Source: Octopus sinensis (taxonomy: Eukaryota). From it: a stretch of DNA of 64,000 bases. This document shows positions 1-11,787 of the stretch, piece after piece; within the stretch, counting starts at the first letter, position 1, and each line of letters begins with the position of its first letter. The stretch lies in NCBI RefSeq assembly GCF_006345805.1, contig NC_043004.1, positions 33,542,001 through 33,606,000 on the forward strand, written 5' to 3'. The notes below the pieces were generated by a model that saw nothing but the letters and a program-made list of their open reading frames with translations, searched no databases and had not been told where the DNA came from. A program made the position numbers and the translations under genes.

Positions 1-309
1 GTACCCCGAAAGTACAAGAGAGAATATATACACTCACTAAGTTCGTTACACATTCATTTGAAATGCAGACCTACATATAATACCATAATTCAAAAATGCT
101 TTACTTTGTTTCTTTTCTGGTATCAAGAATTTCAGGAAGAGTAGAACTAAAAATAGTTAAATTTTAAAATTGCTCTGTCTCTTACATTCTGAAATTGAGT
201 TAGACTTTGGTGAAACTTTATGAATCAAGATATTCATAGTTCATTAAACTATCATTATAATTACACTGCAATTGTCAAGATATTTTCTCTTTTTAAATGT
301 GAAGTTTAA

Positions 310-532
310 CCCTTTTTTTACCAACCCACCTGAAACCACCTCTAGCTCTATAGTACAAATGTCTTATTTTCAACATTGCTGAATTAAAAATCTTCCACAG
401 AACCTTAGTCACAATTTATGTTCCTAACATTTGCTCAATGATAACTACGTTATTTCACTTAATTCTTTGTTATATTTAAAATTAATTGAATAGAACACAG
501 AGTCTCTCAACAGAAATATGGTAACAAAAGGG
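310..532. mobile_element. piggyBac-type MITE (~220 bp)
   Basis: TTAA|CCCTTT...AAAGGG|TTCA ends (right TTAA degraded); reverse-complement homolog at 45035-45255 has intact TTAA on both sides. Confidence 0.6.
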
Positions 533-629
533 TTCAATCTGAACAGTTAAACATAGAATCCATGCCTTATTTTCAACTATACAGTTTGGTAATGTAGATA
601 TAAGAATCGAATTCGAAATCAAATTCAAT

Positions 630-1092
630 GACTGGCATTCATGCTAGCGGAGCGCTAAGAGTACCATATGAGGGAGATCAGGGCCAGAGCAACAAGCTGG
701 CATCTGAGCTGATGGCACGTTAAAAACACCATTCGTGCGTGATCATTACCTGTGTCGCCTTATTAGCACTTGTGCTAGTGGCACGTGAAAAAACATTCGA
801 GCGAGGTCGCTGCCAGTGCCGCTGGACTGGCTCCTGTGCAGGTTGCACATAACAAGCATGTGTGGCCGTTGCCAGTACCGCCTGACTGGCCCTCGTGCTG
901 GTGGCATGTAAAAGCACCCACTACACTCTTGGAGTGGTTGGCATTAGGAAGGGCATCCAGCTGTAGAAACATTGCCAGATCAGATTGGAGTCTGGTGCAG
1001 CCATCTGGTTCACCAGACCTCAGTCAAATCGTCCAACCCATGCCAGCATGGAAAGCAGACGTTAAACGATGATGATGATGATGATGATGATG
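630..1092 (+). mobile_element. RTE LINE 3'-UTR/tail-derived repeat (5'-truncated)
   Basis: Repeated GTGGCACGTAAAAAGCACC-like units, GGAGTGGTTGGCATTAGGAAGGGCATCCAGCTGTAG block and CATGCCAGCATGGAAA...GTTAAACGATGATGAT tail; the same tail follows RTE coding sequence at 34927-35849. Confidence 0.75.
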
Positions 1093-1716
1093 AAGAACCA
1101 TTCTTCTCAGTTTCTCTCTCCCTATTCTCTACTTTACACTCACTTTCTTGTACTTTGAGACTAAACACCGATATTCCACCAACCCCAACTGTATCACTTT
1201 TGTCAGTTGCTCCAGCCAGCGACCCTTATATAATGCAGGGTAGCCATACATCGTCTCTATCGCAGGACACTGGTTCCTGTCCCTCTGTCAAGGTTTAGCC
1301 TTTCAACGCCTGGCATAAAGTCACCTTCTTCTCTATTACATCTCTATCCAGTTGGCGTGGGTGGCTTCTTCTGTCTTGTAAGTTATTTGGTGACCTTTCT
1401 TGTGCCAGTGGCACCAAGTACATTCTGAAAAAAAGCACCAAGTACACTTTGTAAAGTGAGTGGAACTTGAGAGGAGATCCAACTTTAGAGACCATGGCAA
1501 AGCAGACATTGGAGCTCAACACAGTTGTTTGGTTCCCCATAGGCTGTTGTACTGTCTAACCCATTGCAGCATGGAAGATGGACCTTAAAAGATGATGATG
1601 ACGATGATTCCATACCAGAATTTTTGTCTCAAATATTCTAAATGTTTAACCAATGTAACATTACTTTTTCTTGTAAATGTGTGTGTGTGTGCGAGTGTGT
1701 GTATGTGTGTGTGTGT

Positions 1717-1750
<34 letters not shown>

Positions 1751-2438
1751 TTCATAAATATTTTGAGGTTAAATCTGATGTAAAACAACAAATTAACGTT
1801 GACTTGATTTCTCCATTAGACCAGTTTCAGAAAGACAATCCATCATGCTATCTCTAAATTATCTTGTTAAATAAGGTTATTTAGCTTAATTATGCAAAAT
1901 TCAAATTATTACTTAAGTGTTAGTCGATGTACTTGGCAATTCAACTTTGAAATTATTTGAATACCAATTTATTAAGAAAGTGAAAATTTTTGTATGTTGT
2001 GTTTTCTTTAGATTTCCAGTTCAGCCTCTCATTTGACAAAATTAACCAAAACAGATGCGTTTACTGACATTAATAGGAACTGACACAAATTATATTTTTC
2101 TTTTACTTTCAATAAAACAAATAATATCCCTTAACTCTGCGAAAACACATATTTATTTTGTTTCTCAGAATTAGAGCAATAATTCTTAAAGCTCTCTGGA
2201 TGAATTACGTAAAAATCAATTATTTGAATAAAATGAATAAAATTGCTCACAGACTTTAAAATAATCGAGATTTTTCTGCTAAAATATTTGCTAACTGATC
2301 CATGGAAAATGCTGTTTGAATTTCATACATTTCCATTTATTTCTGATTTCAAAAATCTAGGCCTAAAATCTTTGATTGTATTTGAAATTAGTTTTCATTT
2401 TAAATTATTCAAACAAAACAGATAATACAATTCTGTGA

Positions 2439-2761
2439 TTCCTGTGCTGGTGGCATGTAAAAAGGCACCATCTGAACATGGCTGATGCCAGCGCTGCCTT
2501 GACTGGCTTCCGTGCCGGTGGCATGTAAAAAGCACCAACCGATCATGGCTGTTGCCAGCCTTGCCTGGAACCTGTGCCGGTGGCATGTAAAAAGCACCCA
2601 CTACACTCACGGAGTGGTTGGCATTAGGAAGGGCATCCAACTGTAGAAACACTACCAGATCAGACTGGAGCCTGATGCAGCCTTCTGGCTTCCCAGACCC
2701 CAGTCGAACCGTCCAACCCATGCTAGCATGAAAAACGGGCGTTAAACGATGATGATGATGA
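2439..2761 (+). mobile_element. RTE 3'-tail repeat copy
   Basis: Same unit array and (GAT)n tail as 630-1092; further copies near 1340-1600, 18150-18540, 21140-21360(-), 21670-21840(-), 27490-27780(-), 39245-39430(-), 42540-42800, 56920-57150, 57280-57398. Confidence 0.75.
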
Positions 2762-3197
2762 TATTTGTGTGCTTCAGGATTTATATTCTGTACCCTGCTT
2801 ATATTAGGCAGACTGGTGCCTTCCTCATCTTGATGGTTGATTTCACTACATATCAGCTGTTGTGCAGCATTCTTCAGGTGTCTTGGGTTGAACTTGATTG
2901 TTGAATCGTAATTCTAATACAGCAACCAAGTCCAATAAAAGACAACTAATGAAGGATTGGAGCATACAACAACCAAAGCATAGTGAAATCAACAATCAAG
3001 ATGAGGACACCATTCTAACTATTATGAACAGTATGCACAAAGCAGAAATGAGTCATGGTTTTTCTGACCATGCATTACATAGTTGCATATGTATATACAT
3101 ATATATATATGTATAAGGGTGAAAAGGAACACACGAGTTGATATATATGAAAAAACAAGTCAAAATAGAAAATGCTAAAATAATTTTATAAAGAACA

Positions 3198-3241
3198 TTT
3201 CAGTACCGGTTTCGGTCATTTTGAGACCTTTTCAACTGTAA
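3198..3241 (-). ncRNA. Minimal type I hammerhead ribozyme, U3-A8 core variant
   Basis: - strand: ttaCAG TTGAAAA GGTC tcaaaat GACC GAAA CCGG TA CTGaaa; helix II 4 bp, palindromic helix III ACCGGT, GUA cleavage triplet. Confidence 0.65.
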
Positions 3242-3930
3242 CAATTAAATAATTAAATTTAGAAAAATTAGAAGAAAAGTTTTTTTAAAGGAATATTTGT
3301 ATAGTGTTCAAATATAAGTGGCATTCTGCCTTTCTCTGTCTCCTTGTTTGCGCTTGTGTGCTCGAGGTCGTTGTGAATTCTTGGTAGGGTAGAAGAAGAA
3401 GGATGATGAGGAGAAGGGGTGGAAAAATTTGGGAGTGCCTTGATTGTCGTATTTTGAATGGTCAGTTGCAGTTCAATTCAGGAGAATATTTCTATTGAAA
3501 GGTTTGTTTATGGAATTTGCGTAGGTGTTATACTAAAAAGCATTAGTAATAAAGTTAAGAGGTAGAAGGTGGAGAAGAAGAAGAGAAGAAGAAGAAGAAG
3601 AAGAAGAAGAAGAAGAAGATGACGATGTTGATGATTATGATGATGATGAAGAAGAAGAAGAAGAAGAAGAAGAGAAGGAGAAGAAGAAGATGATGATAAT
3701 GATGGTGATGATGATGACGACGATGATGATGATAATGATGATGATGAAGAAGAAGAGGAAGAAGAAGAAAAAAGAGAAGGGAGAATATGAATGGGTGAAA
3801 GTAGTGAGGTGTTGTATGACTTGAAGTTGGCATGTTATGGATTATAGCTGTGATTGGGGCTGATTTGCGATGGATTCTTTGGAATGTAATATTTGTCTGT
3901 GTATTTCTTTTATTCTAAAGTTGAGGTATA

Positions 3931-4750
3931 TTAATCGTTTGTCGTAGACCCGTTAAGAAGTGGCCTGTATTTTGTAATAAAGAGAGTTTCTTTACTTATT
4001 CGTTGTATCGAGGTTGTATCGTCCCTAAATTGGTAGAGGGGGAAAATCCTGAAGCCTGATGTTTTGTTGTTGGCGCAAGTATCTATGTGTTGGCTGAAAG
4101 CTATTTTTCTGTTTTGGGAAATTTTTATCTGGGATCTGTGCAGGGCCATTCTTTTACGCAAACTATTTTTTGTTTGGCCTATGTACTGCTCTTGACACCC
4201 GGAGCAGGTTAGTGAGTATATTAGGTTCTCCGAAGCACATGTAAAGTTGCTTTTCACTGTAAACCGTTGTCCCTGTTTGAAGGAGAACTCTGATCCCTCA
4301 ATTAGATAATCGCATATCCCGCAATTGGGTCTTCCACATTTTTTTACTGTCGGCTTCTGTGTTGAAGAGTGAATTCGGGCTTGTGTTAGAAGACTTTTCA
4401 TAGATTTAGGCTGTCTCTTGCTTTTTATGATCGTGTGTGTTTGGAGGATTGTGTTCATTCTGTGGTCTTTTTTTAGGAGGGGTATGTTGTGGAGGATGGT
4501 GCCGAAGGCTTCGTTATTGAGAGGGTTGTGTGTGGAGATGTATGGTAAGGCTTTTGGTCGTAAGTTTTTCTTTGATTTGGGATGTCTCAGTTCCTTGATG
4601 TTAAGTTGAAGGGCACGTTGAATGCACTTGTCAATAAGTGAAGGTGGATAGTTCCTGGTGATAAGGGTATCTTTTAGTTCTTGTAGTCGTGTGTCTCTGG
4701 TGTTTGCATTAGAGACTATAGTGCATATTCTTTTTGCTAGATTGAAGGGG

Positions 4751-4752
<2 letters not shown>
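3931..4752 (-). pseudogene. Penelope-like RT C-terminus/linker plus GIY-YIG endonuclease (~273 aa, open, 5' end lost in a (TA)n tract)
   Basis: IPFNLAKRICTIVS...RNYPPSLI (RT thumb-like), CGRPNCGIC, NLIYSLTCSGCQEQYIGQTKNSLRKRMALH (GIY-YIG with conserved R), KETLFITKYRPLLN. Confidence 0.9.
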
Positions 4753-4787
<35 letters not shown>

Positions 4788-4799
4788 TATACATAAGAC

Positions 4800-5095
4800 A
4801 CCCGTTGTTTTTGTCCTGCTATTATTATTATTGTTTTTTTTGTATTTATATTCGTGTGGCATCGTCCATTTTTCTCTCCTTGTTTCGTATACAATCGATC
4901 CTTTTTCCAAGAAATCTAATGCTCATAGCTTAGTTTTCCTTGGGGCTGGCCTAATCGGAGCGATCTCAAGATTAATCAGCCAAAATTACGAGGATGATCC
5001 GGTTCTTGACTGAAGATTAGAGGCTTCAAATGACCCATCCATTTTTTGTGTCATCTATTTGAATGTTTTGCGTTCTTGTCCCATTTTGTATTTTT
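4800..5095. repeat. Dispersed repeat, family unassigned
   Basis: Clear homology to ~42130-42400 (GTATTTATATTCGTGTGG...GAGGATGATCCGGTTCTTGACTGAAGATT). Confidence 0.7.
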
Positions 5096-5157
5096 ATATA
5101 TATTTTCTATATATATATATATATATATATATATGCATATATACATACATACATACA

Positions 5158-5193
<36 letters not shown>

Positions 5194-5679
5194 TATGCAC
5201 ACACACACATGTACACATAAATATATGTGTCTATGTGTATGTGTGTATGTATATAGATATATTTTCCTTAGATTAATAGATAAACATTTCACACTTACTT
5301 CCTCTCTTCACTCCTACCCACCTCTTCTCTTCATTGAAACCCCACCCCCAACCTCATGCCCCCACACATCCACCACACTCCCACCCCTGCCCCACACACA
5401 CACTTACACATGCACACACTTAAACACGCACACACTTACACATGCACACACACACAACAAAGTCACTAACCCTATTCACATACACACATGCACACACACA
5501 TATTTAATTGTATCAATTAACCAGTTCCAGTATGTAAATTTAAATTAAATCAAATTTAATTTCTGTAATTGAACTAATTGGATAAGGAAACGGCTGTAGG
5601 ACATGAATTTCATTATATGGATTTGAATATCATTGAATAAACTAATGTTTGTATATCAATTTCTTCATTTTCTTCCTTT

Positions 5680-5730
<51 letters not shown>

Positions 5731-6224
5731 AAATTTTGTAACGATGTTTTTACACTTTTACCATTGATAAACAAAAAATATGGTAACAAAAGGGTTCAAT
5801 CTGAACAGTTAAACATAGAATCCATGCCTTATTTTCAACTATACAGCTTGGTTATGTAGATATAAGAATCGAATTTGAAATCAAATTCAATTGAAACTAA
5901 TTTGGTACATATGTAAATAAATGTATTTTAAACATTCACGAGTTTTTGAAATTTAAGTGCATTTTCAGCAACACATTTTCCTATATATTTTTTTCCTGCG
6001 TGGAAACACCACTCCCACTTTTGCTATATATATATATATATATATATATAAATATATAAAATCAAGATGAGGGTGAAAAATTGGACATTAATTTAATAAC
6101 ATCAATTTAACACCAGTGGAGTTAATTTTCTGGAGAACAATTCTTAGTGGTTGAGACCTTAACGGATCTTCTTCTAGCGTAAGGGTTTCCACATAGTGGT
6201 TCACCCTTATATTTATGTATATAA

Positions 6225-6256
<32 letters not shown>

Positions 6257-6344
6257 GTTTATATATATATATATAAACATATATATATGATGATGATGAT
6301 GATGACGATATATATATATATAATGATGGTGATGATGATGATGA

Positions 6345-6427
<83 letters not shown>

Positions 6428-6454
6428 CATATATATATATATACATATATATAT

Positions 6455-6701
6455 AAATAAATGAAAGAATGGTGTTGAACAATGATTTAACAAAATTATC
6501 GCGATGGGCTCTGTGTGGGCAGTCATTTAAAAGTTTTTGTTCATCTTGATGCTGACATAAGTTCCTTGTTTTTCCTGATGAGAAGGCGGCATAATGCACC
6601 CCTTATTCCTTCGAAATTAGGAATATGCAGCCTTCGGAACATATGTCGAGAATAAAGGAATTTTGTTAAATCGTCGTTCAACTCCATTCTTTCATTTATT
6701 T
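6455..6701. repeat. Foldback element with 43-bp inverted arms and a hammerhead-like core in the spacer
   Basis: 6455-6497 vs 6659-6701 inverted, 3 mismatches; spacer has tttc CTGATGA GAAGG...CCTTC GAAA tta ggaa at 6571-6623. Confidence 0.65.
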
Positions 6702-7506
6702 GTATTAAAAAAACACACAAATTTCCACACGAAAGCACGTGATCTCTGCCCTTGGCATGTAGCTTCAACCGTGTTTTTCTGACGCGAATTTGCTACCCAG
6801 GTATCGGTTAACCAAATTATCCATACTAAGATAATTCATTCAACTACTTATATATATATCTATATATATATATATATCTTATATATGTATATGATGGCAG
6901 ATGTAATGTACAAGAATTATCCCCCTCACCAAAAAACAACAACAAAACCAAAATGGGTGAGATGTGATTTTGCTAGTGGTAAACAAACAGCACTAGTTTG
7001 GCTTATGATGCAGAGTTTAGGTGAGGGTCATTAGAAGAGAAAAGTGTAAGAAATTAACATGAAAAAAGTGGGGGGGAAGAAGAAGAAGAAAACTGTTAAA
7101 TGAAAATACTGGAGATAGGAAAGAAGGGGGAGGGGAAAGGAAAGAGAAAATGAAAGAGAAAAGGGAGAGAAAACAAATGCATTTCATCATCATCATCATC
7201 ATTATTATCATTATCATCATTATTATTATCATTGGCATTGTTGTTGTTGTGTTGTCGTTATTATCATTATCCTTATTATTATTATTATTATTATTATGAC
7301 CGTTGACATTCCATTTCATATCATCATCATCGTTGTCATCGTCATCATCCTCATCATCATCATCATCACTTTATTGTCAATATTTCTTCAGCTTTGTTAT
7401 CACTTTATTCCATTCCATCACACGATCGATCTTTTATTTTAGCTTCTTTTTATTTATCTTTTTATTTATTTATTTATTTACTTCTTTTTCCTGCCCCTTT
7501 GTCCAG

Positions 7507-7640
7507 TTTTATTTGACTGTCCCGTGTCTTTGCTTGGTTATTCATTTATCATGTCTTCATATCCTGATCCTTTCAACGGGCAACATCAAACTGCGTGCTA
7601 GAATGCCCGAGTTCAAGGATGTGTGCCCTTACCGCTACAT
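7507..7640 (+). CDS. Candidate host exon (possibly 5' UTR plus start, ...RARMPEFKDVCPYRY); protein not recognised
   Basis: Pyrimidine tract + CAG at 7504-7506, consensus donor CAT|GTGAGT at 7641, CpG-containing ~50% GC 3' half, one open frame. Confidence 0.3.
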
Positions 7641-8251
7641 GTGAGTGTGTGCAGAACTTTCTATGCATGTGTTATGTATGTGTATGTAACAATGTTAATG
7701 CAAGTGTATGTATGTATGTGCCTGTATGTAACGTATGTGTCTACATACAGTTGCATCCTTTTTTCCTCTTCCCTTTTTTCTGCTTCCCTTTCCCTTCCTT
7801 CTTTTTCCCCCTCTCCTTTCTACTTAATGTATTTTACCTATTTATTCTTCCAACATTTTTCTACCTATTCCCTTTCTATCTTTTTTCCTTCCTTTTCTTC
7901 CCTTCTTTTCTATTCTGCTGATACCCCCTCCCCCACGGCACCACCACCAGTTAAATACCGCATTATAAGTTTATATTTGGTCAATAATTCCCATGTGTCT
8001 GATTTTTTAGCACTCATTTCTTCGCACTAGTTCCTCCATTGGAGTCTTGAGGCATTCGCCACTTGACCAAATTTGACTTAGCTGAAGTAGTGGGTGCATG
8101 CCATGGAATCTCCACGGTAACAAAACACAAGTCCAGCTTCAAGAAACTGGTGTATTGTATATTTGTATTGAGCACTTATTCATGTTGCAACTCAACAACA
8201 AATATCTATCTATCTATCTACAAATATACATACAAACATACATACATGCGT

Positions 8252-8282
<31 letters not shown>

Positions 8283-8299
8283 CAAACATACATAATTAC

Positions 8300-8348
<49 letters not shown>

Positions 8349-8410
8349 AACACACCTACATACATTTATATATATACACACACACAAACATACTTACATA
8401 CATACATACG

Positions 8411-8465
<55 letters not shown>

Positions 8466-8523
8466 TGTATATATATATGTATATGAATATATATATGTAT
8501 ATGAATATATATATGTATATGAA

Positions 8524-8567
<44 letters not shown>

Positions 8568-9298
8568 TAATATATATATATATATTAAAACAAAATATAT
8601 ATATATATATATTTATATACTTGATAACTGAAAGAATATGTACTCAGTATCAGGAAGCTGGATAAATAATTCTTTTTTGAACTACGTTACATCTCCAGTG
8701 CCATTGGATTCTTGCAGGAAAATCCACATTTATTCAACCAGAATCTGAAGTACAAAAGAGATTTTGCTGTGGGTTTTGACAAAACACTTTTGTCTGATTC
8801 AATGCCAGGGTGTCACAGACATGCCTGAAACTCTGGAATAATGGAAGAATTTACTGCAAGAATGTTATGGTTCCAGAAAAATAACATAACTCTGTTAAAA
8901 AAGATATACATGTGTGTGTGAGTGTGTGTGTATGTGTGAGTAAGTGTGCAGGCATGAGTATGTGCCTTTGAAAAATAGAGAGAGAGAGAGAGAGACACAC
9001 ACACACACACAGACAGACAGACAGAGAGGGAAAGAGTGAAGCAATATAATTTAGTCAAATATATGGACATATTTAATCACATACCTTCATCTATAAATCT
9101 ACTTCACAAACACTGACACATACATACACACACCAAACAAACACCTACAATGTGCATATATATGTGTGTGTGTGGTGGGATGTATGTGGGTGTGTCTGCG
9201 TGTGAAATATAAATATTTATGTAATTATTTATCAAAATATAAATGCTTGTATAAATATCTATATAAATACAAATGTTGATATAAGTTGTGTGTGTTTG

Positions 9299-9331
<33 letters not shown>

Positions 9332-9364
9332 GTATATGTATTGTATATATTGTATATATGTTAA

Positions 9365-9384
<20 letters not shown>

Positions 9385-9406
<22 letters not shown>

Positions 9407-9646
9407 ATATATCCATACACACCTACACACACACACCCCCTCTCTCTCTTTCGGAGAGGCACAAGCACCTACACGCACATATACACACACGGCAGTAACT
9501 TCCACCTACCGAATTCAATCACAAAGCTTCGCTCGGCTCGGGGCTATAGCAGAAGACACCCACCCAAAGTGCCACGCAGTGGTACTGAACCCGAAACCAT
9601 ATATATAAAAACCATGGTTTATAATCATGCAAATGAAAAATTATCC

Positions 9647-9693
<47 letters not shown>

Positions 9694-10278
9694 TATATAT
9701 ATATGTGTATATATGTGTGTGCGTGTATATATATATGTGTGTGTGTGCATGCATAAATATACATCCATATATAGATACATATACACACATATCATATCAT
9801 ATATATAATATTATATTGTAAATAAGATTACTAAATCATATGAAACCTTTCACAACTGATCGCATTTGTACTTATTCATGATAAGAGTTCATTCAATCTT
9901 TTATATAATAAATGCACTTTTAGTTCTTCTGTCCATAAAACAATCTCTAATTCAGCTGAAATTTCCTATTATCGTATAATTTTCCATTAAACTTCATATC
10001 CTTCTAAATATATAATATATATATATATATGTGTGTGTATATATCCATACACACCTACACACACACACCCCCTCTCTCTCTTTCGGAGAGGCACAAGCAC
10101 CTACACGCACATATACACACACGGCAGTAACTTCCACCTACCGAATTCAATCACAAAGCTTCGCTCGGCTCGGGGCTATAGCAGAAGACACCCACCCAAA
10201 GTGCCACGCAGTGGTACTGAACCCGAAACCATATATATAAAAACCATGGTTTATAATCATGCAAATGAAAAATTATCC

Positions 10279-10325
<47 letters not shown>

Positions 10326-10652
10326 TATATATATATATGTGTATATATGTGTGTGCGTGTATATATATATGTGTGTGTGTGCATGCATAAATATACATCC
10401 ATATATAGATACATATACACACATATCATATCATATATATAATATTATATTGTAAATAAGATTACTAAATCATATGAAACCTTTCACAACTGATCGCATT
10501 TGTACTTATTCATGATAAGAGTTCATTCAATCTTTTATATAATAAATGCACTTTTAGTTCTTCTGTCCATAAAACAATCTCTAATTCAGCTGAAATTTCC
10601 TATTATCGTATAATTTTCCATTAAACTTCATATCCTTCTAAATATATAATAT
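9385..10652. repeat. Near-identical tandem duplication, period ~632-634 bp
   Basis: Two copies match except for (TA)/(TG) tract lengths; junction lies in (TA)n; each copy contains a SINE fragment. Confidence 0.9.
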
Positions 10653-10959
10653 AATATAATTAACATTAGAGCCGTCAATGGTTGTGTCAATACGATGCCA
10701 GGTAACCATCTAAGGAAGTCTTTGGTTTACATCCTGCCATAGTACTTTGTGTCTATGACCAATATACTTGACTCTTAATACTCAAGTAGTTCTGAATCTT
10801 AAAAAGCTACTTTAAATGGATACAATTCATGGTTGTAAGTAGGTAGTAACTCTGTAGAATTGGTGAGAGGTTTATTACAGCTTTCTATACTCAAAGTCAG
10901 TTGTTTCCATAAAGACATTCACCAATGGTAGACTTCTGTTTAGCATAGTTCTCTGTTTG

Positions 10960-11259
10960 TGGAGGCACATGGCCTAGTGGTTAGAGCAGCGGACTTGCAG
11001 TCGAAGTATCGCGGGTTTGAATCTCAGACCGAGCGATGTGTGTGTTTATGAGCGAAACACCTAAGCTCCACATGGCTCCGGCAGAAAGTAGTGGCGAACT
11101 TCTCCTGACTCTTTCGCCACAACTTTCTCTCACTCTTTCCTCCTGCATCTAGCAGCTCACCTGCAATGGACCAGCGTCCTATCCAGGTGGGGAATCTATA
11201 TGCCAAGGAAACTGGGAAACCGGCCCTTATGAGCCAGGCCTAGCTCGAGATGGAACAAA
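10960..11259 (+). mobile_element. tRNA-derived SINE with TSD
   Basis: A box TGGCCTAGTGG, B box GGTTTGAATC; 16-bp TSD CAT(A/C)GTTCTCTGTTTG at 10944-10959 and 11260-11275. Confidence 0.85.
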
Positions 11260-11769
11260 CATCGTTCTCTGTTTGGTCAGCTCCTGTCAAACTGTCCAAC
11301 CCATGCCAACATGAAAAACAGTCATTAAAGGATGGTGATTATGATGATGATGATGATGATGATGCTGATGATAATGCACTTCATCTGGCATCTGTTTAAT
11401 GTTACAGGAAACCAGGATTTAGGACTAGGTGTCGAAATTTTGAGATGAAAAAAAAAGGTTAAACACTTATGTATATTGGGTGTTGGACAGTATTTAATTT
11501 GCATGGGCTGAGGTATTGTGTTGCTCTGGTAACTGTTTACCCTAAGGTCAGCTCTGACTGTGGAAGCTCATGACACAAAGTCTGTCAAACAACTTAATAT
11601 AAATTCACAGATCTATTACACTAGATATACCATACTTCTATGCACAGGACAACCATACTCTGACGTACTCTGGACATACAGCTTTTAATCATTTTGTTTG
11701 TGGAAATACAGTCATATTACTTTAAATTAAAGTCTTCTCTGTCTTTTTTTTTGTGCCTCTAATTTTCAG

Positions 11770-11787
11770 TGGTGATCACATCGAAAT
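11770..11787 (+). CDS. Candidate 18-nt frame-preserving microexon (phase 2-2, GDHIE)
   Basis: Long pyrimidine tract with TGC then TTTTCAG; donor AAT|GTAATT; length divisible by 3. Confidence 0.15.

Larger units (their letters stand above)
3110..4752 (-). mobile_element. 5'-truncated Penelope-like element (3' ORF, 3' UTR with (TTC)/(ATC) microsatellite, terminal hammerhead motif)
   Basis: GIY-YIG ORF followed downstream on - by a hammerhead motif and U-rich tail, the established layout of a PLE 3' pseudo-LTR. Confidence 0.8.

Noticed and set aside
5010-5040. CTGAAGA hammerhead-like core (also at 42310)
   Set aside because: No GAAA, helix III or NUH in register.
8050-8118. Possible exon HLTKFDLAEVVGACHGIST
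   Set aside because: Weak acceptor and phase incompatible with the 7507-7640 candidate.
10960-11035. tRNA-like sequences (also at 58612 and 40840)
   Set aside because: They are SINE heads: no complete cloverleaf, followed by SINE bodies, and TSD-flanked at 10960 and 58612.
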